Below, in pieces: positions 46,145 to 57,133 of a stretch of DNA of 64,000 bases. The stretch lies in the IMG/VR virus record IMGVR_UViG_3300046542_000227, positions 186,001-250,000 of that record; one strand, given 5' to 3'. A model generated the notes under the pieces. The model was not told the origin of the DNA and did no database searches. It worked only from the letters and a program-made list of their open reading frames with translations. Numbering within the stretch: position 1 is the stretch's first letter; every line of letters starts with the position of its first letter. The position numbers and the translations under genes are program-made.

Positions 46145-47416
46145 ATGAACAAGCTGGGTCGTTACATTGAACGCGTCTCGAATGAAGACGCTGAGAATGC
46201 AGAGATGGATCTGCAAAAGGATCAGGTAGCCGCTGTTGGCGCTGAGCCTGAAGCTCTCGATGAAGTCGAGGCTGATGAACTGGTCACCCCAGAGCCAAGT
46301 GCGGACAATGTCCGTGCTGAACTCGAAGAAACCCGCGACATCCAGGAATCGCTGGAGCACTTTCAGGTTATCCTGAAAGAAGCTGCTGATCGTGGCGGTC
46401 TGCGCCCTGAAGAAGGCGTGATGTTCCAGACCTCGATGGAACATTTCAACAAGCGTCTGGGTATCCAGCCTAAAGTAACACTGGGTATGGAAGACTTCGG
46501 CGGTACCATGTCCCGTGCTAAGGCCACCACCATCTCCCAAGAAGACCTCGGTGAGAAGGCTAAAGCGGCCGTCAAGAAGATCATGGAACTGCTGAAGAAA
46601 TTGGCAGAGTTCGTGAAAGAAGCCGTTGCGCGTTTCGATGGACAAGGTGCTAAGGTCGCTGAGATCTGCACTAAGCTGAAGCAAAACTTCCGTATGTTCG
46701 TCACCGGCCAAGTCATGTATGAGAGCGACAAGTTCACTCGGATCACCGAGAAAGACTTGCGTCGCCCTGAAATGCTGATGCAGGGTAACGAATGGGTGCA
46801 TGATCTGTGCATCGACTTCCGTAGCGCTGTCACCGGTATACTACCGGCATGCAAGACATTCGCGATGTCTGAAGGTACCGATGCAGACCTGCGGGAATTC
46901 CAGGAACGGTTCAATATCCAATGGGGTAAAGACCACCCATTCCGCCTAGCGTTCAGTGGTGTTGAAGAAATCACGTTGTCTTCGGCTGCGCAAGCACGCT
47001 ATAAAGAAGATCCACGTGGCAGCATCTCCGCCATGCAACATCGCATCGATACCGTTATCGAAGGCGAACCGACTCCAATCAAGGCAGAGTTCAGCAAAGC
47101 TGAATTTGCAACCCTGTTGGCGAAAACGGAGAAGTTGAACGATGCGGTGCGTAAAACCAGCGCCGTGTTCAATAACATCCGTGGTGACATCACCAAGCTG
47201 GGCCAAGCGTCCATGGGTGCGAAGAACAATACTGCTGGCTTGATCTTGGCGGGTACCATGCAGTACATCGTCGAGCTGTTGGACGGCGATGTGTTCCGTT
47301 TGTTCGAATACATCAACCGTGCCCGCTCTGAAGTTGGGTACGCTTTGATGGGTATCGGCAAAGAGTTCGGTGGCGCCCGAGAGCAAGACTCGGTTAGTGT
47401 TGTTAATAAACGTTAA
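46145..47416 (+). CDS. Internal head protein paralogue (phiKZ gp93-97 family)
   Basis: MNKLGRYIERVSNED, acidic propeptide, DRGGL, LGMEDF, ISQE. Confidence 0.8.
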   Translation: MNKLGRYIERVSNEDAENAEMDLQKDQVAAVGAEPEALDEVEADELVTPEPSADNVRAELEETRDIQESLEHFQVILKEAADRGGLRPEEGVMFQTSMEHFNKRLGIQPKVTLGMEDFGGTMSRAKATTISQEDLGEKAKAAVKKIMELLKKLAEFVKEAVARFDGQGAKVAEICTKLKQNFRMFVTGQVMYESDKFTRITEKDLRRPEMLMQGNEWVHDLCIDFRSAVTGILPACKTFAMSEGTDADLREFQERFNIQWGKDHPFRLAFSGVEEITLSSAAQARYKEDPRGSISAMQHRIDTVIEGEPTPIKAEFSKAEFATLLAKTEKLNDAVRKTSAVFNNIRGDITKLGQASMGAKNNTAGLILAGTMQYIVELLDGDVFRLFEYINRARSEVGYALMGIGKEFGGAREQDSVSVVNKR

Positions 47417-47469
47417 TCTGTAACCATTAATGGCGCCGTCGTGAGACGGCGCTGTTATGAGGAGTTGTG

Positions 47470-48744
47470 ATGAATAAGCTGGGTCGTTACATTGAAAAGG
47501 TGTCGGTAGAAGACGCCACCACCACCGATGTGGAAATCAAAGAAACTCAAGGCGTCGGCTCTGAGCCAGAAGAGATCAAAGATATCGAAGCCGATTGCTT
47601 GGTTGATGCAGAACCCGAGCACGACATCGAGAAATCGCAGATCATCGAACTGACCGACATCAAGCATTCGCTGGAACAATACAGCGAACTGTTGCGTGCA
47701 TCCGCTGACCGTGGTGGTCTGCGTGCTGGTGAAGCTGCTCTGTTGGCTGCTGGCGTTAACTTCTGCCGTAAGCGTGCTGGTATCACCGGTGTGGGCGAAG
47801 GCGTCTCCGTGGAAGACTTCGGTAGCGTGCCTAATGCACGTGCCACCAAGGTGTCTCTGGAAGCCATCGATATCGACGTCAAGGCTGTCATGGCCAAGAT
47901 TGCCGAGGTGATCAAGAAGTTGATCGAACGTGGCAAAGCGATGATTGTTGAGTTCGACCTGCAGAGCACCAAGGTCGGTCAGATTGCTCAAGCTGCTAAA
48001 GACGGCTTGAACAAGTGGCGTACCGGTGAGCTGACCATCGATACGTCACTCAGCGTCGTTATCACCAAAGACGACCTGAAGTCGCAAGGCTTGGCTGGCT
48101 TGAAAGAGACGTCCGTATGGGTTGGTGGTTTGCTCGGTGCGTTCGAAACCCAAGTTTCTGCTACCATGAAAGTATTCATGGGTGTGGTCGCTGATCCGAA
48201 ATCCGCTGACCTGGCCACGTACAAAGCCGACATACGCGCGATCTGGGCGGAGGGTAGTCCACTGCGTACGATGATTAAAGGCGACACGCATAAGTTCAGC
48301 GGCTCGTTGTCGTGGGAATTGGTCCATAAACCAAACTCGACGTCGGCAGTCATGGCATACATGCCTGATCTGAAGACGGACTACGATCACACGAATCGCC
48401 AGACAATCACCATGAACAAGGCTGAGTTCAAAGCGTTGGTGGACACCACCTTCACGATGAACCTACAGACGCGCAAGAACTCCCAAGCATACACTGCGGC
48501 CATGGCCCATGTGAAAAGCTTGAGTGATGTGGTGGGTAAAGCCGGTGAGCACCAGATCCTCTTCGCTCTGCGTAGTGACATCATGGATATCACTGACATG
48601 CTCAACACTGACATCGCTGAAGCCATCCGTGTGTCGGTGCGTATCCGTAACGCATTGGGTCGCTTTATCCTAGGCGTGGGCCAAGAGTTCGATAAGAGCC
48701 AGGGTACGCGTGATGTTGGTAGCGATGCTAACGCTGTAACTTAA
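47470..48744 (+). CDS. Internal head protein paralogue (phiKZ gp93-97 family)
   Basis: MNKLGRYIEKVSVED, DRGGL, VSVEDF, VSLE. Confidence 0.8.
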   Translation: MNKLGRYIEKVSVEDATTTDVEIKETQGVGSEPEEIKDIEADCLVDAEPEHDIEKSQIIELTDIKHSLEQYSELLRASADRGGLRAGEAALLAAGVNFCRKRAGITGVGEGVSVEDFGSVPNARATKVSLEAIDIDVKAVMAKIAEVIKKLIERGKAMIVEFDLQSTKVGQIAQAAKDGLNKWRTGELTIDTSLSVVITKDDLKSQGLAGLKETSVWVGGLLGAFETQVSATMKVFMGVVADPKSADLATYKADIRAIWAEGSPLRTMIKGDTHKFSGSLSWELVHKPNSTSAVMAYMPDLKTDYDHTNRQTITMNKAEFKALVDTTFTMNLQTRKNSQAYTAAMAHVKSLSDVVGKAGEHQILFALRSDIMDITDMLNTDIAEAIRVSVRIRNALGRFILGVGQEFDKSQGTRDVGSDANAVT

Positions 48745-48775
48745 CGGCATAAAGGCGCCTTCGGGCGCCCTTATG
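48745..48775 (+). terminator. Hairpin of repeated family
   Basis: CGGCATAAA-GGCGCC-TTCG-GGCGCC-CTTATG. Confidence 0.7.
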
Positions 48776-48798
48776 TTTGTCTGCCCATGGAGGTGCGT

Positions 48799-50046
48799 AT
48801 GACCGACCTTTTGCTGCAAGGCTTAGAGGTACCTGAAGACACCCGCTACGTGATGACGGGTGACTCGGATATCGAGAAGCTGCACAACCGTTTGAACCCA
48901 CCGGGTGTACTCGGTGTGGCTGCCAGTTTCTTTGGCGGTATGAACACCGGCTATTACTCCGGTGAAGACTTCAATACACTGTCTGACGAAGAGTTAGGCA
49001 ACAACGCCAAGTACATCGCTGATCTGTTGTCGGTTGACGATGAGAACGCCATGAGCGTGCTGCGCTTGGTGGATAGTGCTGAGGAATTCGAAGCCCATCC
49101 GATTGATGTAGACCTCCTGCAACTGGAGATCTCGCAAGAGGACATGGCGGCGACTAGCCTTAAGGCACTGAAGACTATCTTGGGTTGGACTAAGTCCGTC
49201 GCTAAGCAGCTCTTCAACGAGATGACCAACATGGAGCTGGTAGCCCGCTACCTGTCGTTCCATGCGGCAAACATTCAGACCTTGGCCAAAGACCGTCGTG
49301 GTACCACGGCGTTCAGCAATAGCGCACCACTGATCGTCAACACCCGGATTGCTAACCTGTCGGTTCGTTATAACCCGGTTAAGGACGTGGCCAGTTTGTT
49401 GATGGCGTTGCGTACCCTGAGTGTAACTACTAAGGGCTACTACGCTTACAACAACGATGACCTGTTGAAGATCATCGACCGTCTGCCATCCCTCCTCGGT
49501 GATGCGGATAATCTGGAGTCGGCTATCTCTGGTGTGAGTCCTGCGAAGCTGTTGCGTAACGGCAGTTTCTTCCCAGGTCAAGACACCGGCGTGCAAGTCT
49601 CTGGGCATCTGTTGGGTTGCCATCGTCTGAGTGTTAAGACTCAAGACGGTGTCGGCATGCTGGACCAACGTTACACCGTGCGACTGATTCCTTCTGATCT
49701 GTCACCTCGTCCGCTCCCTGAGAAGATCGAGTTCCCACGCTTCACTATCCAAGCCATGGATCAGGTATTGAATCTGGTGCAGGATCTGGCCAACTTTCTA
49801 CAGGAAGTCAATACCCCGATGATTCGTCAACGGCGTATGGCTCGACTGGAGCGTCTGGGTCTGATCACCAACCGAGTTGCCAAAGAGATTGAGAGTGGCA
49901 ACTTCGATGCTGAGCGTCACCGCAAAGTGATCGCTGTAGTGAATCAGTACAACGACTGGATCACGAGTCCGTATAAGGAATTGTATGGTTTAGTATGTCG
50001 GGATCTGAGAGCAGTACTCAACGTATGTGAGTTGAATGCTCAATAA
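48799..50046 (+). CDS. Internal head protein with propeptide
   Basis: GGAGGT RBS; QGLE, YSGE, ISQE motifs. Confidence 0.72.
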   Translation: MTDLLLQGLEVPEDTRYVMTGDSDIEKLHNRLNPPGVLGVAASFFGGMNTGYYSGEDFNTLSDEELGNNAKYIADLLSVDDENAMSVLRLVDSAEEFEAHPIDVDLLQLEISQEDMAATSLKALKTILGWTKSVAKQLFNEMTNMELVARYLSFHAANIQTLAKDRRGTTAFSNSAPLIVNTRIANLSVRYNPVKDVASLLMALRTLSVTTKGYYAYNNDDLLKIIDRLPSLLGDADNLESAISGVSPAKLLRNGSFFPGQDTGVQVSGHLLGCHRLSVKTQDGVGMLDQRYTVRLIPSDLSPRPLPEKIEFPRFTIQAMDQVLNLVQDLANFLQEVNTPMIRQRRMARLERLGLITNRVAKEIESGNFDAERHRKVIAVVNQYNDWITSPYKELYGLVCRDLRAVLNVCELNAQ

Positions 50047-50150
50047 TTTGCGAATCATATAGGCTAAGTGCCACGCATCTTAGTCATTCCTAACCGGCTA
50101 AGCTGATCCCCTAGCTGGCAATCTTCTGTACAGAAAAAAGGTTGAACAAC

Positions 50151-51533
50151 ATGAGCAAGCTGCAATCGTACCTCCTGCGCGTTTCGAACGAAGACGCCGA
50201 AGCAGAACAAGCGGCCCTGGAGCCGGAAATCGTCGAGCAGGCTGAAATCGAACAGGAACAAGAACTCGAAGTTCCTGAGCCTGATGCCGAAATCACTCCA
50301 GAAATCGTCGAAGACGCCGAGTTCGAATCCGAGCAGGCCACCGAAGAACTGGAAGAGCTGCCGGCCGCTATCGAAGAAGGCACCGAAGTCGAAGACATGG
50401 TCTCCGACGAAATCACCTCGATCGAAGAATTCGTCCAGGTAATGCGCCACGGCGTTCGCACCAAGGCGTTCTCCCCACAGACCGCTGCTCTGGCTCAACA
50501 GCGCCTGACCCGTCTGGCCGGCCTGTTCGGCGACGAAGGCACCGGCAAGGCTTCCCTGGAAAACTTCAACGGCGACAGCCTGGGCGAGTTCTACAACGTT
50601 TCGATCGAAGCCTTCGAAGGTTTCGCCAAGCGTCTGAGCGACACCCTGTCCGGCGCTGCCTACAAGCTGGCTGAAAAGCTGAAGCTGAAGTGGAACGTGG
50701 AAACCTACGCCAAGTACGCTGCTGAAATGAACGCTAAGGCGGATGCCATCCTGGCCGCCGAAGGCAAGCCTGAGCCAGTTACCCTCAAGGGTAAGCACGT
50801 GGCCTGGGACTTCCAGATCGGTAAGGAATTCGACGGCAATATCCTGGGTCAACTGACCAAAGACATGCGCTTCATGTCTGGCGAAGGCTCGGCCCTGATC
50901 AAAGGCACCGACGCATACCTGAAAGGCATCATTGCCATTCTGGAAGAAGGCGTTAAAGAAGGCGGTAAGGGCAAGACCGGCGACATCACTGCCAAGGTCC
51001 TGCAGCTCAAGCGTCCTGTTGACATCCTGTCGGCAGGTGCTTTCAACGGCGCAATGTGCGGCGGCCTGAAGTTCGCCAAAATCGAAAGCAAGGGCAAAGA
51101 GGGCGACAACCGCAGCAACTACAAGGACATCGTCCGCTCGGCTCTGCCTCGTGTCGACGGCGACGGCTGGAAAGGCGAAGCGGCTGACATCCAACTGGAC
51201 AAAGCCGGTGCTGACAAAATTGCCAAGCTGTGCAAAACCTACACCGCTCTGGCGCTGAAGATTGCTAACGGCTCGGCGTTGAAGTCGGTAGAAGAATACT
51301 ACCAGAACATCGGTAACGTGCAGAAGCGTGTACGCGGCGGTGCCAACTCCACTTCCTGGGGTGAGAACAAGGATCTGAACATCGTGGCCGCTGGCCTGAT
51401 GAACTTGGGTGAGCAGCAGTTCACTCTGCTCTTCACCCTGTGCCACACCATGTTCGACACCATTGGTAGCGCCCTGCACACCGCTGAAAAGGCCTGCGTT
51501 AAAGGCGGCTCCAAAGCGGCAGCTGCCGAGTAA
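50151..51533 (+). CDS. Abundant internal head/inner-body protein
   Basis: MSKLQSYLLRVSNED, very Glu-rich propeptide, ASLE, VSIE; strong codon bias. Confidence 0.8.
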   Translation: MSKLQSYLLRVSNEDAEAEQAALEPEIVEQAEIEQEQELEVPEPDAEITPEIVEDAEFESEQATEELEELPAAIEEGTEVEDMVSDEITSIEEFVQVMRHGVRTKAFSPQTAALAQQRLTRLAGLFGDEGTGKASLENFNGDSLGEFYNVSIEAFEGFAKRLSDTLSGAAYKLAEKLKLKWNVETYAKYAAEMNAKADAILAAEGKPEPVTLKGKHVAWDFQIGKEFDGNILGQLTKDMRFMSGEGSALIKGTDAYLKGIIAILEEGVKEGGKGKTGDITAKVLQLKRPVDILSAGAFNGAMCGGLKFAKIESKGKEGDNRSNYKDIVRSALPRVDGDGWKGEAADIQLDKAGADKIAKLCKTYTALALKIANGSALKSVEEYYQNIGNVQKRVRGGANSTSWGENKDLNIVAAGLMNLGEQQFTLLFTLCHTMFDTIGSALHTAEKACVKGGSKAAAAE

Positions 51534-51550
51534 TCGGTCAGTAGCTTAAA

Positions 51551-51581
51551 CATAAAGGGGCCTTCGGGTCCCTTTATGCCG
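51551..51581 (+). terminator. Hairpin of repeated family
   Basis: CATAAAGGGGCC-TTCG-GGTCCCTTTATGCCG. Confidence 0.8.
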
Positions 51582-51625
51582 TCTTGCCCTGATCTTATAG
51601 ACAGACTTTGAACGAGGATCAGACC

Positions 51626-53302
51626 ATGCCTAAGGGCCTTATCCCCATTGCAGCTTCCGGTACATCCGTAGGCCGTCGTGTGGCCGTCCACATAGTTCAG
51701 CATTTGACTGAGCTGATGGGCTTACCAGAATCCACCCAGGTGTTTCTGCCGGGTAGTACTCAAGCAGTCCCGCTGAACAATGCTGAGTTCGGTAACTGCT
51801 GTAAGTCCAACCACGTCTATCCGGGTGATAGTCGTATGATCGTCACTGTAGTAGAAGAGGCTGAAGAAGAACATGCCTTGACGACTTCGGTTAACGACAA
51901 ACAGAACCGTCCGATCATTGAAGACAAGATCCACAACGTCTCCGTCACCCCGGTCTATCGCTACGTGAAGATGACGTGCAACATTGAGTTCGTAGCATCG
52001 TCTACTACTCAAGCACAGCGTTGGCTCGATGACATGCGGGCGATGTTCTCTGTAGGACGCACTGAGCAGCTCCATGACCTCGAATACTACTTCCAGCTGC
52101 CTGATGGGTTGATCTTTGCTCTAAAGGCCTGCCACGACGCTCTGATGAAGTCTCCGTGGCCTTTGACCGATACTTTCGAAGACTGGGTGGTCAGTAAGCT
52201 GGTTAACGGGGCGTATCCGAAAGACCTGACGACGCTGGCTGGTACTCACCACACTCTCGCTGTAGCAGAACATCAGTACGATGCCTTGGGTTGGTTTGAC
52301 TGGACGACTACTCCTGACACCCCGGAGCGTAACTCCGATGGTTCCGGTACGTTCACAGTGAACCTGAACTACCAGCTGCAATACCAGCGCCCTACCCACG
52401 TCTACATCGACTACCCTTTCGTCCTGAACCAATACCCGATCTCCAAGAAGTTCCGCTTCACGGAACCGTACTGGTTCTATCGGGATCGGTTGCGTAAGGT
52501 CAGCATTACCAAAGAAGCCTTTGATGAGTTCCGCTTCATCCAAGACAACGCTGGCGCTGTACCCTACGTGCATTACCCAAACACCAATGACTGGTATCCG
52601 CCGGTTACCCAGAAGCTTGGTTATGCACTGCCACTGTTTACTGGATTGGTAATGTTGAGTATCGACGATCAACAGACCCTGATGGATCTGTCGAACTTGG
52701 GTAACTGCCGGTTCACACCACACTTCCTCGAATACTTCTATGCCCAAGGTGATGCAACACTCGATGACCTGTTGGGTATGTTTGAATTCCGGTTGTGGAA
52801 GAACAATGAACACATGCACGGCCACAAGTTCCGCTTCAAGCCAGGGACGTTGCAGATCCAGTCGGTAGATCCATTGGACCCGCAGTACATGTACCACATC
52901 CAGATCTGCATTAAACGCAACTGGGCACTGGTACACCCTAAGGTAATCCAATGCCTGCGTAACTGGCCTACCGTAGCCTGGACGCTGCTCAAAGCGATCG
53001 GTGTGCGCTTAGGTGGTGCAGAGCTGTTGGCTGACCTCGAACTGCTGGCGCCTAATACCCCAAGGCCTAACACGGCTCCATGTCGTGGTGAGGGCTATCT
53101 GTTGCCTGAGATCCAACCACCTGAAGTTAACTGGGGTGTGCGTGGAGACGACGTGTTCATTAAGAACGGGTTGGTTAAGGCTAAGGACCTCGAACAGGCT
53201 GTGCGTGACACTGACACCATTAGCGACAACTACATTAACCACACGTCCATCGGACCGCTGACGGTAATGTTCTTTGACATCTTGACCTTCCGAAACAAGT
53301 AG
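51626..53302 (+). CDS. Virion structural protein (gp98-like position)
   Basis: GAGGA RBS; ~558 aa in structural operon. Confidence 0.65.
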   Translation: MPKGLIPIAASGTSVGRRVAVHIVQHLTELMGLPESTQVFLPGSTQAVPLNNAEFGNCCKSNHVYPGDSRMIVTVVEEAEEEHALTTSVNDKQNRPIIEDKIHNVSVTPVYRYVKMTCNIEFVASSTTQAQRWLDDMRAMFSVGRTEQLHDLEYYFQLPDGLIFALKACHDALMKSPWPLTDTFEDWVVSKLVNGAYPKDLTTLAGTHHTLAVAEHQYDALGWFDWTTTPDTPERNSDGSGTFTVNLNYQLQYQRPTHVYIDYPFVLNQYPISKKFRFTEPYWFYRDRLRKVSITKEAFDEFRFIQDNAGAVPYVHYPNTNDWYPPVTQKLGYALPLFTGLVMLSIDDQQTLMDLSNLGNCRFTPHFLEYFYAQGDATLDDLLGMFEFRLWKNNEHMHGHKFRFKPGTLQIQSVDPLDPQYMYHIQICIKRNWALVHPKVIQCLRNWPTVAWTLLKAIGVRLGGAELLADLELLAPNTPRPNTAPCRGEGYLLPEIQPPEVNWGVRGDDVFIKNGLVKAKDLEQAVRDTDTISDNYINHTSIGPLTVMFFDILTFRNK

Positions 53303-53309
53303 GTGAACC

Positions 53310-54725
53310 ATGGCTGGTCTTTTCCGTGAAGTTGACGATGATGAACTCCCCGCTGGTACTCCGGTTCCGTCGCCTATTCAGGTGCACATCGAACCGAAGA
53401 ACTATTCGGGTATCACCATCGACACTGAGTATGTTCCATCGTCAGCGATCCTCGTTTGGGCTGGTGGCTCGACTTGGAACGTTGACTACTATAGTCAAGC
53501 ATTGGGTATGTCCACGGAACTCAAACCGTTGGACTTGCACCTCTCCCCGATCGAACAGCAATACCGCCTGTTGCGTAAAGTACCACTCAAGGTAACTGAC
53601 GCACTGTCGTGGTCGTTGCAAGACACCCAGTCGAACGTGATGGTGGGGACAGGTGGTGGTTACACCTACCCGTTCATGCCAGCACAAGTGGGTGACATGT
53701 TTGTTGCCAACATCGGCGATGGCCGTGTTGGGTTGTTCACCATTACCTCTTCGACTCCGGCCACCGTATTGCGTGACTCGGTGTACAAGGTCGAGTGGAT
53801 CATGGTGGGGTTGGCTGAACCCCTGCAGATGGAGAACTTAGCTGCTAAGGTAATCCAGACCCTGTACTTCTCGATGAACAGTCTTGAAGGTGGTTGTGGT
53901 CCTTTCGTAACCTCAGAAGAGCTCGCTCGGATTGAGTCCTACGATGAGATCCTCAAGGAAATGATCCGTCGTTACTTCACGGACTTCCTGAGCCTCGAAC
54001 ACTTCAGCCTGCTTGTGCCTGACCAGTGCCGTAAGACCTACGACCACTTCGTCGTGCGTACCATGCTGAAGATGATTGCGCCACAAGAAGACCCACGTAT
54101 CCGTAAGGTGCGTGAGCAGAACGTCATGGGTGACTCGGTGATGAAACAACCGACCATCTACGACGCTGTATTGCGTGGTGATCCTGTACAACTGTACGGG
54201 TCTACTGAGCGCGTACATCTTGTGACTACGCAGAACTTCCGTGGCAGTCCTTTGCTGCAAGCGATCGGCTACACTGGCATTCCGTACATTGTCTATCCGC
54301 AAGACGCACCCACCGACGTCGATTCGCAATACGACCAACGTGATGTGAACCGTCCTGTGGGTATGCCATTCCGTGAAGGCCGACCACGTCGTCCACCAGC
54401 CGGTGAGTTCCAGACACAGACAGAGCGTGACCCCGTGTGGTTCCGTGCAATCCCTGATGACGTACTGGACGTTCCGATCTGGAAGAAACCTGCGACCATC
54501 CATCCCGTGGTAACCGATGACTTCTACGTGTTGTCTGAAGCTTTCTATCGTGAAGGCCCAGGGCAATCGAAATTGGAGTTGCTGGTTCGCCAGTTCCTGA
54601 ACCGAGAATCGCTCCACGTCGAACAGCTCAACGATCTGTTGGGTTCGGTCTACGACTGGGATAACCTCGAACGGTATTACTACCACCCGTTGGTTATTGC
54701 GATCCTGAAAACAATGCTGAGGTAA
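53310..54725 (+). CDS. Virion structural protein (gp99-like position, neck/head-closure-like)
   Basis: AGGTG RBS; P..GDMF...IGDGRVGLFTIT beta motif. Confidence 0.65.
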   Translation: MAGLFREVDDDELPAGTPVPSPIQVHIEPKNYSGITIDTEYVPSSAILVWAGGSTWNVDYYSQALGMSTELKPLDLHLSPIEQQYRLLRKVPLKVTDALSWSLQDTQSNVMVGTGGGYTYPFMPAQVGDMFVANIGDGRVGLFTITSSTPATVLRDSVYKVEWIMVGLAEPLQMENLAAKVIQTLYFSMNSLEGGCGPFVTSEELARIESYDEILKEMIRRYFTDFLSLEHFSLLVPDQCRKTYDHFVVRTMLKMIAPQEDPRIRKVREQNVMGDSVMKQPTIYDAVLRGDPVQLYGSTERVHLVTTQNFRGSPLLQAIGYTGIPYIVYPQDAPTDVDSQYDQRDVNRPVGMPFREGRPRRPPAGEFQTQTERDPVWFRAIPDDVLDVPIWKKPATIHPVVTDDFYVLSEAFYREGPGQSKLELLVRQFLNRESLHVEQLNDLLGSVYDWDNLERYYYHPLVIAILKTMLR

Positions 54726-54728
54726 TCC

Positions 54729-55280
54729 ATGTACGCCCCGGACGTCACTGCGGCTAATCACATCTTCACCGAGCGGTACAACGTCTTGATACCGCGCAGC
54801 TTCATGTACGGCCCAGAGTACATTCGCAAGGCAGGCTACGGCACCACAGGTGATGCTACTGTGGACCGGATGCAGGCTTCCAGCTTGGAGCGAATGAACC
54901 AGACGATCGCGGGGCTAAGTGTGCTTTACTGTCAAGGGGCTGAGCCGCTGTTGGCTAACCCTCCCGATTGCATCCCGATCTACAAGGCTATCGTTAAACA
55001 CCTTAACGATTGGAAGGACTTCTCTCACCAAGGACTGAACCCTGAGTACTGTCCTCCGATGGAAGACTTCCGTGCCTTGGAAGCCTTGGCTGTCTATTTC
55101 CACTTCACGGTACAAGAGCTGGAACCTATCCCTCAGTCTAATAGCAAACTGGTGGACAGCATCCTCAGCATGAACCGTGGGGCTCGGATGACTCAACGTA
55201 CGCAACAAGCGGAAGAGCCATCCATTCCAGCCTTCGTCTCGATAGCTGACACCATCGAAGAAAACATCTACGGAGGCTAG
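54729..55280 (+). CDS. Conserved core protein (gp100-like position)
   Basis: GAGGT RBS; 183 aa. Confidence 0.68.
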   Translation: MYAPDVTAANHIFTERYNVLIPRSFMYGPEYIRKAGYGTTGDATVDRMQASSLERMNQTIAGLSVLYCQGAEPLLANPPDCIPIYKAIVKHLNDWKDFSHQGLNPEYCPPMEDFRALEALAVYFHFTVQELEPIPQSNSKLVDSILSMNRGARMTQRTQQAEEPSIPAFVSIADTIEENIYGG

Positions 55281-55282
55281 CC

Positions 55283-56641
55283 GTGTCTACCGACAATACG
55301 TTAATCAATACCGAGATGAACGAGGTGCGTACCAGCGGTAAAGGTGCACACTACTTTATCAAGGTTCAGCTGTTGGTGAATAAGAAGTGGATCACTCCAC
55401 TGAAGATGGACCTGTACTCAGTAGACCGTGATTATGAAGGTGGCTATGCGGACATCCGTGTACTGTCGTTCATGATGCTGCTGGGTGCTTACACCTTTGA
55501 CCTGTTGCCGTTTCGTAATGACATTCAGGTAGACGTCACGTACGTCCCTGTGGGTGAATCAGGTGGTGGGCAGTCTACTGGCCAGCGTGCGTTCACACGA
55601 CGCTTCAGAGGGCTGCTGATGGACCCTACGGACCCTGCGCTGTCGACTAACGTCAGCAGTCAAGGTACCCGCGATGCCATGGACAACCAAATGCCTCAAC
55701 AGGTGGAGATCCAGTTAGTAGAAGAAAGTGTCTACGATCTGCAGATGCGTTCGGTAGGTGGTAAGTACCGCAACATGACGCCGTACGAGGTGTTGATGAC
55801 AGTGCTCACCGCTACCCAAGGTTATATGGATGGCAAGGATGAGAAACGCATCCTTGGGGTGAATCCAGTCGGTACACCGAATGCCACTAAGCGAACGCAG
55901 ATTGTGCTGCCACACGGCACAAAAATCGGCAAGGTGCCGAACATTCTGCAGAACGATGAAGGCGGTGTGTTTGGAGCAGGACTGGGTTGCTATTTGCAGG
56001 ATCAGTACTGGTATGTGTTCCCGCTGTATGACACGGCCCATGCGTCCAAGCAAAAGAAAACCGTTACCATCTATGCTGTACCATCTGACCGTTACGATGG
56101 CTCTGAGAAAACATATCGGGAAACCGATAACCGTTTGATCATCCTCGCTTCGGGTGATGTGCAATCGCTGAACATCTCCGACAATGCCCAAGTGCAATCC
56201 GGTAACGGCCTGCGCTTCTTGGATGCGACTAAGCTGCTTAATGGCTTCGCTACCAATAACGGCAATCGGATGCTGATCGATAAGGCTACCAACTTGTTTG
56301 AGTTTGCAGCCAAAAACATCACAGAAGGTATTAACAATATACAGTGGTCCGCAAAACCGATTTCCAGTAACCCGTTTGTTCACTATAGTGCGATGGCTCG
56401 TCTCAACGGACGGATCGTTACAGTGCAGTGGCGACATGGTGATGGCGATCTATTGGACCCAGGCGAACTTGTCGAATTCTACGCTGTAGCTGAGGGCAAG
56501 ATCGATAAGTTCAAGGGCGTGTTGTTAGGCACCCGTGAGAACCGCGTGGCGGCAGAGCCCGGTATGAATGTTACACGTCATGCTGGTATTGTCGATCTTA
56601 AGCTCTTCATCGAGAACCAACCGGCGACTGCAGGGGGTTAG
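55283..56641 (+). CDS. Baseplate hub-like structural protein (gp101-like position)
   Basis: GGAGG RBS, GTG start; 452 aa beta-rich. Confidence 0.62.
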   Translation: MSTDNTLINTEMNEVRTSGKGAHYFIKVQLLVNKKWITPLKMDLYSVDRDYEGGYADIRVLSFMMLLGAYTFDLLPFRNDIQVDVTYVPVGESGGGQSTGQRAFTRRFRGLLMDPTDPALSTNVSSQGTRDAMDNQMPQQVEIQLVEESVYDLQMRSVGGKYRNMTPYEVLMTVLTATQGYMDGKDEKRILGVNPVGTPNATKRTQIVLPHGTKIGKVPNILQNDEGGVFGAGLGCYLQDQYWYVFPLYDTAHASKQKKTVTIYAVPSDRYDGSEKTYRETDNRLIILASGDVQSLNISDNAQVQSGNGLRFLDATKLLNGFATNNGNRMLIDKATNLFEFAAKNITEGINNIQWSAKPISSNPFVHYSAMARLNGRIVTVQWRHGDGDLLDPGELVEFYAVAEGKIDKFKGVLLGTRENRVAAEPGMNVTRHAGIVDLKLFIENQPATAGG

Positions 56642-56667
56642 CCCCCTGCAGCACCTATGGACCTTTT

Positions 56668-57075
56668 ATGCCCGATCCGAAAAATATATTCATCAAGGTC
56701 GATCCAGAGTGGTCCTACAACTACATTGGGTCGATCAAAGAATTCGTTCAGCTTGACCCCGGCGTATTGGCTGAGTATTACAACTTAGCCTGCGCCTACC
56801 TCACCCTACGCCACAACTTTGTCACTGGCCACATAGACAACGTTGGTTACTCCAATCAGATCTACAGCCTGTTCAAGCCGTTTGAGAACAGCTCTATCCT
56901 CCACGGTGTAATATCCTACTGCACAGAGAACCTATATAGGCGTGTCCGTCCAGTGCTGGATATGTACCGGCGTATGCTCGCTCGTGTTAGTTTCTTTAAT
57001 GACGACAAAGGTGAAGTGCAGGGTTTGGTGTTCCAATACGTGGAACATTACCCCATGACCACGCTCCAGTTTTGA
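56668..57075 (+). CDS. Hypothetical protein
   Basis: 135-aa ORF. Confidence 0.65.
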   Translation: MPDPKNIFIKVDPEWSYNYIGSIKEFVQLDPGVLAEYYNLACAYLTLRHNFVTGHIDNVGYSNQIYSLFKPFENSSILHGVISYCTENLYRRVRPVLDMYRRMLARVSFFNDDKGEVQGLVFQYVEHYPMTTLQF

Positions 57076-57087
57076 ATGCACTATCCT

Positions 57088-57112
57088 TGAGAACTATATC
57101 ACTCCGGTGAAT
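57088..57112 (+). promoter_or_regulatory. Putative phage early promoter
   Basis: GAACTATATCA-CTCCG-GTGAA. Confidence 0.6.
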
Positions 57113-57133
57113 TGTAACCAAGAGGTACGCAAC

